Positions 10,533 to 20,441 of a stretch of 64,000 nucleotides of DNA are shown piece by piece (position 1 is the first letter of the stretch; the number at the start of each line of letters is the position of its first letter). The notes under the pieces are model-generated. The model did no database searches and was not told the origin of the DNA. It worked only from the letters and a program-made list of their open reading frames with translations. The stretch is from assembly GCA_040222015.1 (NCBI GenBank), contig JAVJWO010000159.1:1-64000 (forward strand). Direction: 5' to 3'. A program made the position numbers and the translations under genes. The stretch is from Coleofasciculus chthonoplastes F2-STO-03 (GTDB lineage: Bacteria > Cyanobacteriota > Cyanobacteriia > Cyanobacteriales > Coleofasciculaceae).

Positions 10533-11354
10533 TTACAGATCCCCCAAACTCCTCGGTTCGTTAAAGATAACATAACCCATGTTTAATTCTTGGCTGGGCA
10601 GTTCCAAGTTAACCCCTTTCCCTTGCAAGAGTTTGCGCCAGTCTTTATCCGTAACCTGGGGTGAGTTAGCCAAACGAAGATTAGCTACATGAGTTAACGC
10701 ATCAAACCAAATTCGATTGGCGACATAAACCTGATCTTCGCGGGGTTTAGCAGTATTGAGTTGACGTTCTAGAGTGGGAGTTAAAGGAATTCGCTGTATC
10801 CATCCTTGGGCAAAAACTGGACTAGCAGATTTGTCGCGATCGCAATACAGTGTAAAGTACCAGCGATACCAGTTACCAATTTTGAGCGGTGCTTGAGTAT
10901 CCGGAATGCTAAGACGAACCAAGCCCGGCGTTTGCGATAACTGAAACGGAAGTCGATAGACATCATTACCCGCTTCATCCTGCAATACAAATTCTCCCAC
11001 AGGAGCTTGTTCAGGAGAATAAGGAACATAAAACCACAATGTCGGGTGTGCTTCAAGAGTCTTTCCCCAGTTCGATTCAGGAACTAAGGCGGTTAGGGGA
11101 AAATCCATCGGGGGACACTTGCTACGACTTCCGCCTCCGCTGCGATTTCCACTTCTACCATCAGATTGAAAGTCCACATTATCGTCATTCTGATTATTCT
11201 CCTGGGCAAACACACCAGCCATGAGTAGTGCCGGAATGCGAGGAGACTCGGAGGTTAAACTGGAGGGAATATAGTTCCAACTTATACCCCAGACAACTGG
11301 GATTAAAAGGTTGGGTAGGTTAAGCCTGAGATATCGGTTCAGTAATCGAATCAT
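10533..11354 (-). CDS. DUF928 family protein
   Basis: Gly/Arg-rich GRSGNRSGGGSR..C, LTALVP, T...HPTLWFYVPY, YRWYF, WFDAL motifs. Confidence 0.85.
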   Translation of the reverse strand: MIRLLNRYLRLNLPNLLIPVVWGISWNYIPSSLTSESPRIPALLMAGVFAQENNQNDDNVDFQSDGRSGNRSGGGSRSKCPPMDFPLTALVPESNWGKTLEAHPTLWFYVPYSPEQAPVGEFVLQDEAGNDVYRLPFQLSQTPGLVRLSIPDTQAPLKIGNWYRWYFTLYCDRDKSASPVFAQGWIQRIPLTPTLERQLNTAKPREDQVYVANRIWFDALTHVANLRLANSPQVTDKDWRKLLQGKGVNLELPSQELNMGYVIFNEPRSLGDL

Positions 11355-11459
11355 GAATGGTAAGATTATAGATCGAGATCCACACTAATTAAAGTTTGGA
11401 TAAAAAAACAAGCTGGCGTAATTTACACGCCAAGACATAAAAATACAAAAGTGCAAATG

Positions 11460-11521
11460 TAGGGGCGGGTTTAGGGACAAAATGAATGGAGCCATCTCCT
11501 CCTCAACAACAAAACCCGCCC
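11460..11521. repeat. REP-like inverted repeat GTAGGGGCGGGTTT...AAACCCGCCC (related copies near 38347-38407, 40697-40758, 56207-56265; half copy near 57397)
   Basis: Recurrent terminal inverted repeats with variable cores in intergenic DNA. Confidence 0.8.
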
Positions 11522-11541
11522 ATTTCCCCACCACCAGATAA

Positions 11542-13917
11542 TCAATTAATCCAAAACCCAACCATGAAGAAAGCGACTATCGACGGCACCAACGGTAACC
11601 AAAGTCCGGTTCGCCACAGGAAAACAAAGCCGCATCCCCCTAGTGCTGCTAACGCTGTACCCCCAGCTACGATCAGATAGAGTCGCCGCTGATGCCATCC
11701 TCCCATGCATACACCTGGGATTCCAGACCAAGCCCAAACCCAAAGCACATCACCCCACTGTGGAAACCACCATACCACAGGTCGCTGATTTAATACCGCA
11801 CTGATGATGTGACTCACCATCTGCGCCTGGATTTCCACCCCGGAGAGTTCTCGAATTGGCTCAAACGCGGCACTGTAGGGAGTGAGATGATAGTCTCCAT
11901 AGCTGTTATCGATTGTACCAATTAGTACAATGCGATCGCGGATTAAGGTTGCCAATTCCCCATCTTTTGACCCGTTTAAAATCTGCTGTAGAGGTACTTT
12001 TGGGGCAATTCTCTGTGTTGCACGGTAATTCAGCAACACTTCAAAGCCACCGGAATCGAGATTATGATAGCCTCCCCTGTGGCGTTCCGATTTGGGGAAG
12101 ATACGGGTGCCGATTTGAAACCGGGTGCGGGAAAGCCGTTTAAATTCTATATCCTGTGACCCTAAATAGTGACGGGCAATCTGAAAACTAAAGGATTGCT
12201 GAGTCTGACAGTGGGTTCCCGCCGCCATGCCAAAAATTTGGCGTCGGATGACTAAATCTGGATCATTGGGTAAATCACTAAACCCTACCTGCTGCACCCG
12301 AACACCTGATGGTGGGGAAATTTCCGGGGATGTTCTTACACCGCCCCCGATTTGGCAAATGTCGATAAATCGCTGATCTCGCTGACGAATTGCTTGTTTG
12401 GCGGCGTCAGGATCTAATCTGAACGCCACCGGATCACGATAGATGTCTAAACCAATGACGGCGGGTTGGTGGGGTTTAATTTTGTCCAAGAGGTTGACTA
12501 ACGCCCGATCCGCCAGTGATCCTTGGCGTTTCATTCCCTGTTGATCTTGATATTGAATATCGGCGGCGTCTATGGTAATAATCAGTAGGCGCTCATCGGG
12601 TAGTTCTGTCGGGCGCATTCGCATTAGAGCATCAAACACCCACAGTTCTGAAGATTGCAGGAACCCCAGCCACCGCACTCCCATCACCAACCCTGTCGCG
12701 ATCGCACTGCTTAAGAGTAGAGTTTGCCAACGGGGGCGTCTTGCTCCCATGATAGAAGGTTTAGGGGCAGGTTTTGGCTGTTGCCGCCAATTCTGCCAAG
12801 TGGGTGCGATCGGTGTCGGCGTTTGCACAATGATCGGTAACCAGCTTGCACCGGGAAACTCCCCCTCTAATCCTTGCAATCGTTCCCGCGCTTTCCGTAC
12901 CGCTAAATCGAAGCATCGCCCCCCAGCAAATTCGATCAGAAAGTACTTGAGGAAGGCTTGAGCCACATTATCCGGCACCGGTTCGCGCATGACAATAATG
13001 TGGGGAATCTGTAGATCCGACAGTTGTCGCGCTAATCCCAAGCCATCACAGGAATTAAAAATTGCCAACTGTAACCCTCCCGCGATCGCTTCGTTGAGGG
13101 CGTGTTTTAATTGAGGAATGCTTAAACGCTCATGGGGGTTAATATAAATCTCCCCGGAATCGCCATCCCCTTGGCTAGAACTATGTCCGGCAAAAAAGAG
13201 AATTGTCCATCCCTGATTATGCCAAAGCTGCTCATTTAACTCCTGTCGGCGGGGTTCGACTAAAAAGACGGTTTCGGCACCATCCAGACTGGCAAGGTAT
13301 TGCCGATCCACGTCAATATCAAGTCCCGTTGCATCGCCGAGAATTGCCAAGATTCTTACGGTTTTAGTTGGCGGTTGAGTCGTTTTTCTCGGTTCAATGT
13401 TGAGAGAACTCAACGACACTTCGGCGTGGGGATAATCCCGAAAAAATCGCCAGGTATACCAGGGTAATTTTCTCAGGTTACTGTCTTCGGTTTGAATAAT
13501 AACGCGAATGTCTTGATTCGGGGTAAATTGCTGATAAAGTTGACGACAGATCGGACTAAAGTCTGGGGAATCGAGCCAGATATCAATCTGCTGTTGTAAT
13601 TCCTGACAAACCTCAACAAAATCAGCTTCGCCAACGTGAGTTACATCAGTATCATCAATTTGGATATCTTCATCGATATCAATGGGTTGAGGATGAGAGC
13701 GATGGATAATGAACGAACGAGCCTGATAGAGTAAATCGTAGAGTAATTGCCAGTGGCGGTAAAGTTCCACCAGATGAGGTGCGGCGGGTAAACTGCCGAT
13801 TACCTGCCGATTTTGGGGTTGATCTTGTACCTGTAACTGAGCCGTTACCCAGGCAAAGCCATTGTACAAGTCTCCTCGTCCTAGGTTCAAGATCACGAAA
13901 TTATTCATCAGTAGCAA
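11542..13917 (-). CDS. Membrane-bound CHAT protease + CHASE2 sensor domain protein
   Basis: N-terminal CHAT with LFFAGHS (His) and IFNSCDG (Cys); TM segment; CHASE2 motifs (LLIITID, VIGLDIYRD, RIVLIG, GVEIQAQMVS); C-terminal TM helices. Confidence 0.9.
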   Translation of the reverse strand: MLLMNNFVILNLGRGDLYNGFAWVTAQLQVQDQPQNRQVIGSLPAAPHLVELYRHWQLLYDLLYQARSFIIHRSHPQPIDIDEDIQIDDTDVTHVGEADFVEVCQELQQQIDIWLDSPDFSPICRQLYQQFTPNQDIRVIIQTEDSNLRKLPWYTWRFFRDYPHAEVSLSSLNIEPRKTTQPPTKTVRILAILGDATGLDIDVDRQYLASLDGAETVFLVEPRRQELNEQLWHNQGWTILFFAGHSSSQGDGDSGEIYINPHERLSIPQLKHALNEAIAGGLQLAIFNSCDGLGLARQLSDLQIPHIIVMREPVPDNVAQAFLKYFLIEFAGGRCFDLAVRKARERLQGLEGEFPGASWLPIIVQTPTPIAPTWQNWRQQPKPAPKPSIMGARRPRWQTLLLSSAIATGLVMGVRWLGFLQSSELWVFDALMRMRPTELPDERLLIITIDAADIQYQDQQGMKRQGSLADRALVNLLDKIKPHQPAVIGLDIYRDPVAFRLDPDAAKQAIRQRDQRFIDICQIGGGVRTSPEISPPSGVRVQQVGFSDLPNDPDLVIRRQIFGMAAGTHCQTQQSFSFQIARHYLGSQDIEFKRLSRTRFQIGTRIFPKSERHRGGYHNLDSGGFEVLLNYRATQRIAPKVPLQQILNGSKDGELATLIRDRIVLIGTIDNSYGDYHLTPYSAAFEPIRELSGVEIQAQMVSHIISAVLNQRPVVWWFPQWGDVLWVWAWSGIPGVCMGGWHQRRLYLIVAGGTALAALGGCGFVFLWRTGLWLPLVPSIVAFFMVGFWIN

Positions 13918-14001
13918 ATGATGCGATCTCGTTGCCTCTAATCGGTGATTCTGTGGACAAAGGTTGAAAACTAGGCATCTCTAAAGTGTTGGTATTGGTT
14001 G

Positions 14002-15270
14002 TCAATTACTGTCCACTGTTCGACGGATCGCAAAATCTTCGGTAATGCTAAATTCACCCAGCGCCACCCGGATGCTGAACTGTTTCCCTACGGGACAGGT
14101 GAATCGTTTGAGTTGAATTAAATTATCGTGTATTCGGGCTTGATATTCCTGAAGTATAGCACCCGATTGAGAGAGTAAGGCAACGCGAATATTAGGTGGC
14201 AAGATAGGGGTTTCTCCCACCGGATACAGTTGTACCCGAACACCGACTCGTTCGTCTGTCTCTCGGACTAAACCCACCAGCAACGCCACGGATTGATTGT
14301 TGAGTTCTATACCCAAATCGATTACCTTAATCCCTTCTACATAAACCTGTCTCTCTTGGTTTCGTTGAGATCGTCTATGTCTAAAACTAACGGCAACTTG
14401 AACTGAATCTCGGCTTAAAAAGGCGTCCAGGGATTGCCAACCCGACTCAAAGATATTTTGCCACCATTGTCCTAAGTTAATCCGGGGTGGATCAGGTTCT
14501 GCCACTCTTTGAACTTGTCTTAACCGTCTTTGGTATAAGTCTTGACGCCATTGTTCGTTTGTGACAAATGCAGCCCATTGCTCATAAGGAACCGCAAGAC
14601 GCGGTGCGGAAACGGAGGATTGACTCAGTTGTGCCAATAACCGTTCAGCGGTTTCCTGGGTTAAAGATGGTACTGATTTAACTTGTACATCTTTCGGGAA
14701 AACGGGTTCAGGTTGGAGTAACATCAGAGTCAGATCTGGGGCTAAATGTTGTCCTGAAATGTAGTAGGCGCGATCGCTTTCTTCGTATATCCCTCTTTGC
14801 TGCAAATTTTGATAGCTAATATATCCCCACAGCCGCATCCAGGATGTATCTGGATTATCCAGGTTTATCTGTACAGCCAGATAATAATCGGCTCTCCAAC
14901 TGGTAATATCTACCCACTCTTGAGGAACACAAACCTCATCTACATCGGTGCTATCTGTAGGAATAAGCGCCAGTCGAATGTCGCCGAAGTTAATTATAGT
15001 ACCATTAATGAATTCCCAGAGACTGGGTAAGGATGATTCTATAAAACTATTAATTCGAGTCGATTTGTCGTTCTCTTGTCCTTCTTGACACCATCCCTCC
15101 AGCCAAGGAATAAATGCCGTTAAACAGAGTTCATTCAGGTAGGCATTACAACGAGTCATCGCATTAGCATGATTTTGCGATCGCTGCCAAGCTTGTTGTT
15201 GTTGTTTCTCTGAAATTTTTAACCAAATCTGATTGGGATACGTCCGGGATAATTCCAGTAATTTAAACAT
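14002..15270 (-). CDS. DUF1822 family protein (ATG 15270 with GGAGAG RBS preferred; ORF extends to 15297)
   Basis: AYLNELCL, LWEFINGT, VPQEWVDI..WRADYYLAVQ, LGQWWQNIFESGWQ, IQLKRF...FSIRVAL. Confidence 0.85.
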   Translation of the reverse strand: MFKLLELSRTYPNQIWLKISEKQQQQAWQRSQNHANAMTRCNAYLNELCLTAFIPWLEGWCQEGQENDKSTRINSFIESSLPSLWEFINGTIINFGDIRLALIPTDSTDVDEVCVPQEWVDITSWRADYYLAVQINLDNPDTSWMRLWGYISYQNLQQRGIYEESDRAYYISGQHLAPDLTLMLLQPEPVFPKDVQVKSVPSLTQETAERLLAQLSQSSVSAPRLAVPYEQWAAFVTNEQWRQDLYQRRLRQVQRVAEPDPPRINLGQWWQNIFESGWQSLDAFLSRDSVQVAVSFRHRRSQRNQERQVYVEGIKVIDLGIELNNQSVALLVGLVRETDERVGVRVQLYPVGETPILPPNIRVALLSQSGAILQEYQARIHDNLIQLKRFTCPVGKQFSIRVALGEFSITEDFAIRRTVDSN

Positions 15271-15274
15271 TATA

Positions 15275-17107
15275 CTACTCTCCACTATGAAGTTCATTTA
15301 AATCTAAACAATACAACTGGTTTAGCCAAGTTTCAACAGCTTGACTAATCTGGTCTTTTTCCGGATCTAGAGAAATTCCATACGTTCCATAACTCCACTG
15401 GAGTAAAGCCTGCTGTAATTGCTGCTTGGCTTGGTTAATGGCTTGAATTACGTTTTCTTTATGCAGAAATCGAGCAATTTTTTCTTCAGGCATTCTATGA
15501 GCATACCGCATTTTCATAATTTTTCGGGATTTAATTTCCGAGAAAGCCGTCACGAGTTGGTCAGATATAACTTGCTTATAGTGGTTTTTGATTAATTGCT
15601 CAATATAACTTATCTTGAGTTGATTGAGTGTTTCAATAGCAGCTATTTCTAAATCATGCCGAATGAGGTTTAATTTTTTCTCAATTGTATCGCTGGACTC
15701 ATTCTCTAAATAATCAACAATAGTATCAATGCTATATTTTTGACCATAGCGCAGTTTAAGGAGCAATTGTAAATGAGACCCTAAAGATTCAATAGTAACC
15801 ATTAAAGCTCTATCGATTTCCTGATTTTGATAAGGATTAGTAAATCTCTTAGACAAAAACTCTTTTACATAGTTTTGACTCCAAACATCCAAATCATTAT
15901 CTAACTGAGTCCGAATCAGACTATCCATTTGAGTTAACAGGGGAGATTTGTAAGTGTTGGCGATATAACGAGCCACTGTTCCCTGATTGACTCCCACTTT
16001 CTTGGCAAACTGAGCTTGAACTAAGAGGGAAAGTTCGTGAGGATAGCACAAAGGCATAACTGCCTGACGGAATTGTCTAGGAATTTTACTCCGAATTTTG
16101 TCAAGATTTTGATCAATGCGCTGAAATTGTGCCTGTAAATTGGGAGTGATTTGATTGATAAATTCAGCAGAGTCTTGGTCAGAATTTAACGTTTCCCAAG
16201 GATTAACCGACTGATCATAGTGTTTTTCATAGCTATCGGCATCCCTAGACAGTTCCACCAGTTTTTGAGAGTTGCGTAACGCTTGAATACAGGTATTCAT
16301 CCACTGTTGAATTGTCTTTGCTGTTACGTTTGAGCCAGACGAAACTTGTAGGGGAGCATCAGCAAGGAATCGATTCAGATTATAGTCTCTAGCCGCTTCC
16401 TCAAAATCCGTCTGTTCGGGTTGAACCCACGCCCTACCTTTTCTTTGACTTGGATGATAAAGCCGATTATTTTTATAGATAGGAACGAAGTATTGCCAAG
16501 CAAAGCAGTATTGAGACACCATTGGTTCAGTTATCCCTTGTCGGAATAAAGCCTCTCTCAATTTTTGCGCGGCATTCTTGAATTTGCGGCGACTGGTGAG
16601 ATCCACATTGCATAAGAGATGCCAGTCGGATTCCCAATTGATTTGCTCTAGAATAATATTCTTGAGTGCGCCTTCACAATAGGTTTTTAAATTAGCGGCA
16701 TTGCTCGTATTTGCATTATGTCCATGAATAATTTTTTTTAAATGATCGCGATTATAGAGAACGTCAGTCGTCAGGTCAAAAAAATGGAGACACGTCGCTA
16801 AAGGAAAGGGAAATTTTCGAGCAAACTGGCGGATAAAATGACAGCGAGAGACATCCAAATAAGCAACCAGATGGAGATGAGCAAATTGTTGTTCCGATTC
16901 AGGGAGTGATTCCTGATTGATGATACTCCAGAAATAGTCAACATAATCATCAGTGTGCCACTCTGGATGTAACTGAACCAGTTTTTCCATGTGGCGTTTT
17001 AGACGCGGCTGAAGCGATGGCTTGAACCAAGGAGAACCATTATGGCTGGTTATCTCATATAAAATACAGAATTGCTCAATGATATCCTGACGCTGTAAGT
17101 TCGACAT
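15275..17107 (-). CDS. Large sigma-70-like transcription factor with several region-4-like HTH modules
   Basis: AHLHLVAYLD...ANLKTYC..ALKNII region-2-like segment; QAQFAKKVGVNQGTVARYI HTH; two more LKLRYG/MKMRYA region-4-like repeats; abuts DUF1822. Confidence 0.65.
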   Translation of the reverse strand: MSNLQRQDIIEQFCILYEITSHNGSPWFKPSLQPRLKRHMEKLVQLHPEWHTDDYVDYFWSIINQESLPESEQQFAHLHLVAYLDVSRCHFIRQFARKFPFPLATCLHFFDLTTDVLYNRDHLKKIIHGHNANTSNAANLKTYCEGALKNIILEQINWESDWHLLCNVDLTSRRKFKNAAQKLREALFRQGITEPMVSQYCFAWQYFVPIYKNNRLYHPSQRKGRAWVQPEQTDFEEAARDYNLNRFLADAPLQVSSGSNVTAKTIQQWMNTCIQALRNSQKLVELSRDADSYEKHYDQSVNPWETLNSDQDSAEFINQITPNLQAQFQRIDQNLDKIRSKIPRQFRQAVMPLCYPHELSLLVQAQFAKKVGVNQGTVARYIANTYKSPLLTQMDSLIRTQLDNDLDVWSQNYVKEFLSKRFTNPYQNQEIDRALMVTIESLGSHLQLLLKLRYGQKYSIDTIVDYLENESSDTIEKKLNLIRHDLEIAAIETLNQLKISYIEQLIKNHYKQVISDQLVTAFSEIKSRKIMKMRYAHRMPEEKIARFLHKENVIQAINQAKQQLQQALLQWSYGTYGISLDPEKDQISQAVETWLNQLYCLDLNELHSGE

Positions 17108-17285
17108 TTTTATTAGCTCGTGTAGAACTTATAAGGTGAGTAAGCTGTCGCTATCGTTATAAAGATTAGGACAAAATTAATAGCTTTCGCAACCATGTTA
17201 AACCTTAGGGGTGCACGGGGCGTGCGCCCTCTTCCAGACATGCGCCCAATATACCTGTCCCCAAGCAGTAAGTAGGTTTACCTAA

Positions 17286-17316
17286 CCTATTGGGGTACAG
17301 ATAATGTTTTTATGCA
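17286..17316 (-). promoter_or_regulatory. Putative alternative-sigma promoter TGCATA-N17-CCAATAGG pointing at the sigma-like gene
   Basis: Minus-strand read TGCATA AAAACATTATCTGTACC CCAATAGG, ~180 bp upstream of ATG 17107. Confidence 0.65.
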
Positions 17317-17446
17317 CTATGAGTCTTCGCTATAAGCACAGGGCGACCTGAGCAAATTGAGTGGACTGGTATCGCCCCTGCACTGAGACTACAGGTGTTT
17401 TGGCTCATCCATGACGGGTGCGATCGCAGAAATTTTTCCAGTTAAC

Positions 17447-17477
17447 TGCATAAATCACAAAACCTCATCCTAATAAG
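17447..17477 (+). promoter_or_regulatory. Putative alternative-sigma promoter TGCATA-N17-CTAATAAG
   Basis: Exact consensus copy. Confidence 0.7.
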
Positions 17478-17578
17478 TCAGTTAAAGCGTTTGAGGGGTT
17501 AGAGGAATGGCACGTTTATGGGATAGAGCTTCTTGTTGCTTGTATTGCTACAGCTTTTCCCAGATAGCTCACCCAAAG

Positions 17579-17609
17579 TGCATAAATCAAAAAACTCAAC
17601 CGTAATAAG
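17579..17609 (+). promoter_or_regulatory. Putative alternative-sigma promoter TGCATA-N17-GTAATAAG
   Basis: One mismatch; 132 bp after the previous copy. Confidence 0.7.
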
Positions 17610-17635
17610 TCCGTTAAAGGGTTGGCAAGCTTAAA

Positions 17636-17665
17636 TGCATAAACAAAAAACCCAACCCTAATCAG
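17636..17665 (+). promoter_or_regulatory. Putative alternative-sigma promoter TGCATA-N16-CTAATCAG
   Basis: Third tandem copy, ending ~55 bp before GTG 17720 (RBS AAGGAG between). Confidence 0.6.
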
Positions 17666-17719
17666 TCAATCAAATCAAAGATTGGCTAATCAATTCAACT
17701 AAACAAAGGAGAAGTTAAC

Positions 17720-17872
17720 GTGGCTATTGTATTCGGAACTCCCGCTGACGACACCTTAAATGGAAGTGCAGGTGATGACTTTTTATTGGGTAATGCCGGA
17801 AACGACATCCTTAATAGTAATGCTGGTGCTGACCATTTATTTGGTGATATTACTGTTGGATTAACAGGATGA
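17720..17872 (+). CDS. 50-aa RTX/hemolysin-type Ca-binding repeat peptide (probably a truncated RTX gene)
   Basis: Not in ORF track. Strong RBS AAGGAG; MAIVFGTPADDTLNGSAGDDFLLGNAGNDILNSNAGADHLFGDITVGLTG*; its TGA overlaps the ATG of the next gene (ATGA). Confidence 0.75.
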   Translation: MAIVFGTPADDTLNGSAGDDFLLGNAGNDILNSNAGADHLFGDITVGLTG

Positions 17873-18198
17873 AAATAGAATTAGAGTTTGAAAATGTTCC
17901 TGATAACATTGAAAACGCAATAGCTGAAATTCGGGTTGAAGATCAGAGTGAGGCTGATGCACCAGCTATACGATTATCCTCAAAACGTGTTGGTCCTTTC
18001 TTAATCCAACATTCCCAGCCAAAAGTTACTTTGGATGTGGATCTGACCATCCCAGATGGAAATCACGAATTATCCATACTTGTACGAGTCAAGGGTCACA
18101 CGCAGAGCAATCAGCCAATTGAGTTTCTTAACACCACTACCACCTCCCTACCAACAGGAAGTGAGTTGGTGCAAGTAACACTGTCACGCATCCTTTAA
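17869..18198 (+). CDS. YbaY-like small protein without signal peptide
   Basis: AIAEIRVEDQSEADAPAIRLS resembles the YbaY-family V.LEDVS.ADAPA motif. Confidence 0.55.
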   Translation: MKIELEFENVPDNIENAIAEIRVEDQSEADAPAIRLSSKRVGPFLIQHSQPKVTLDVDLTIPDGNHELSILVRVKGHTQSNQPIEFLNTTTTSLPTGSELVQVTLSRIL

Positions 18199-18246
18199 TA
18201 TCCATTTCCCACTCAAACACAACTAAGTATCAGTAGGAGAAACGAC

Positions 18247-20229
18247 ATGAACCAAATTAGCAAACCGAAGGTAGATTTAGTCGGATCGGTTGATGAGCAT
18301 ATGGCTACAAGCGAGGAGACCGGACGAGGCTATCTGACTGGACCAGGATTGTATGAATTTCCAGTTGACTACGTAGTTGTTGACGGTGTTTGTATTCATG
18401 AGGGCTGCATTGATATCGGTTCTCCTGAAGAAGTCAAAGCGGAAGCCGAACGAATCCGCGCCAAACATCTAAGACAGCAAACTACTGAAGCTGCTGGCTC
18501 TGAAGATGTGACGAATGAACCAGAGGTTCAAAGGGGTATTGGTTTACCCACTACATCCTCGTTCCTCTGGACGAATGGTGTTGTACCTTACACGATTGCC
18601 AGCAACGTTCCCGATCCCAATCGTGTTGATGATGCCGTTCGATATATCGAGGAAATGACGGCACTTCGGTTAGTCAGACGGACAGCCGCAAATGCACAAC
18701 GTTATCCCAATTACATCGAAATCATCAGTAATGGAAATAAGGGGTGGAGTTCATCAGCAATTGGTATGCGTGGTGGGCGGCAGGTAATACGATATTCTGA
18801 TCGTCATACATGGTCCATACTGGTTCATGAGTTTTTACATGCATTCGGAGTTTATCACGAGCAATCCCGTTCTGATCGCGACGATTTCGTCGAAATTCGC
18901 TGGAACAACATCCAGGATAATAATATTGGTAATTTCCAAAAGAAGCCTGGATCTGTTGACTATTTTGGTTATGACTATGGTTCGATCATGCATTACCGAG
19001 GGACGAGTTTTGCTAAGGATCCATCCCAGCCAACCATTGTTCCATTACAGTCAGGCGTCACAATTGGACAAAGGAGTGGGATGTCTTATGGTGATCGCCA
19101 GACCATTGCCAAAATGTATCAGCGTTTCTTCTCACGAGGCTATGCTGGGGTGTGGCGCTCCGGCACAGGACGCTATGCCTTGTGGATAAACGCTTCCTGG
19201 CAGAGTTTTCGGGATAAGTGGCAAACCTGGAGTTCCCAAGGATTGCGACTTCAAGATATTCACGTCAGGCGGCGTGGGAGTCAAACCCTTTACTCTGGCG
19301 TATTTCGACCCGGATCAGGAGCTTATGGTTTGTGGGCAAATGTGACATGGGATAGCTTCAAGGCAAAGTGGCAGGAATGGAGTCAGCAAGGACTAAGACT
19401 GGTAGATATTCATGTCCATCGCGTTGGTGATCAGAATCGCTACTCCGGTGTATTTTTACCCGGATCGGGAGCTTATGGTTTGTGGGTGAACGTGACATGG
19501 GATAGCTTCAAGGCAAAGTGGCAGGAATGGAGTCAGCAAGGACTAAGACTGGTGGATATTCACGTCCATCGCGTTGGTAGTCAAAATCGTTACTCTGGTG
19601 TGTTCTTACCAGGTCGTGGTGGTTATGGACTTTGGGTCAATGCCACATGGTCTAGCTTTTTCTCAAAATGGCAAGAACTTACTGATCAAGGATTACGATT
19701 AGTCGATTTGAATATGCATCAAGTTGGTAATTCAATTCGTTATTCTGGTGTGTTCTTACCTGGGAATGATGACCATTATCTGTGGGCAAATGTAACGTTT
19801 GAGAGCCTGCGAGCAAAATGGCAAGAACTTGCTGCTCAAGGATTGCGGTTAGTCGATTTTGAAATCACTAATCCTGAAGATGGTGCAGCCGATTTCGCTG
19901 ATATCAGTCTTGAAGGTGGAGATGTTTCATATTCATCTCGTGAGCAGGAAGGGTTTGGGGGTATTTTTGAACCAGCAGCCCTGAACGATGTCGCTGATTT
20001 TTCTCAAGTACTTCAGGAGAGTGGTGGTGGAATGGGAAACAGCAATGGTGCAGAAGTTGCTCACAAAGCTGACCAAGATGGCGAAACAAATGGGGGAGTT
20101 TTCTTCCCAGACTCGAATGTTAAGCTATCTAATGAACAGGAAGGACTGGGAGGAGCCTTCTTTAACGTAGAACCCGATCAATCTACAACCGAATCCGAAG
20201 GATATGGAGAAGTGATATTGCCAGATTAG
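18247..20229 (+). CDS. Astacin-family (M12A) metalloprotease with five ~50-aa Trp-rich tandem repeats and an acidic tail
   Basis: HEFLHAFGVYHEQSRSDRD zinc motif, SIMHY Met-turn; repeats W..F..KWQEWS.QGLRLVDI...RYSGVF. Confidence 0.9.
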   Translation: MNQISKPKVDLVGSVDEHMATSEETGRGYLTGPGLYEFPVDYVVVDGVCIHEGCIDIGSPEEVKAEAERIRAKHLRQQTTEAAGSEDVTNEPEVQRGIGLPTTSSFLWTNGVVPYTIASNVPDPNRVDDAVRYIEEMTALRLVRRTAANAQRYPNYIEIISNGNKGWSSSAIGMRGGRQVIRYSDRHTWSILVHEFLHAFGVYHEQSRSDRDDFVEIRWNNIQDNNIGNFQKKPGSVDYFGYDYGSIMHYRGTSFAKDPSQPTIVPLQSGVTIGQRSGMSYGDRQTIAKMYQRFFSRGYAGVWRSGTGRYALWINASWQSFRDKWQTWSSQGLRLQDIHVRRRGSQTLYSGVFRPGSGAYGLWANVTWDSFKAKWQEWSQQGLRLVDIHVHRVGDQNRYSGVFLPGSGAYGLWVNVTWDSFKAKWQEWSQQGLRLVDIHVHRVGSQNRYSGVFLPGRGGYGLWVNATWSSFFSKWQELTDQGLRLVDLNMHQVGNSIRYSGVFLPGNDDHYLWANVTFESLRAKWQELAAQGLRLVDFEITNPEDGAADFADISLEGGDVSYSSREQEGFGGIFEPAALNDVADFSQVLQESGGGMGNSNGAEVAHKADQDGETNGGVFFPDSNVKLSNEQEGLGGAFFNVEPDQSTTESEGYGEVILPD

Positions 20230-20441
20230 CTTAACGAATCAACAAGATAGACAATAACAAAAAGAATCGGAGTAAGGTGGGCATAATTTGCCTACCTTCT
20301 CTTTTCTTACTATGGCGAGGCGATTACGGCAATCTGGGTATCGACATATAGCACTACGCACACACGTTAGCGGGACTTACACCCTTATCCGTTTTTCCGA
20401 TTTCTCCAATATACTGTCGTCCTACCCCGGCTGTGAAGTTT

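Noticed and set aside
17447..17490. TGCATAA...TTAAAG read as a dif/Xer recombination site
   Set aside because: No 11-6-11 arrangement or XerD arm (TTATGTTAAA); orientation and distance to start codons fit a promoter better
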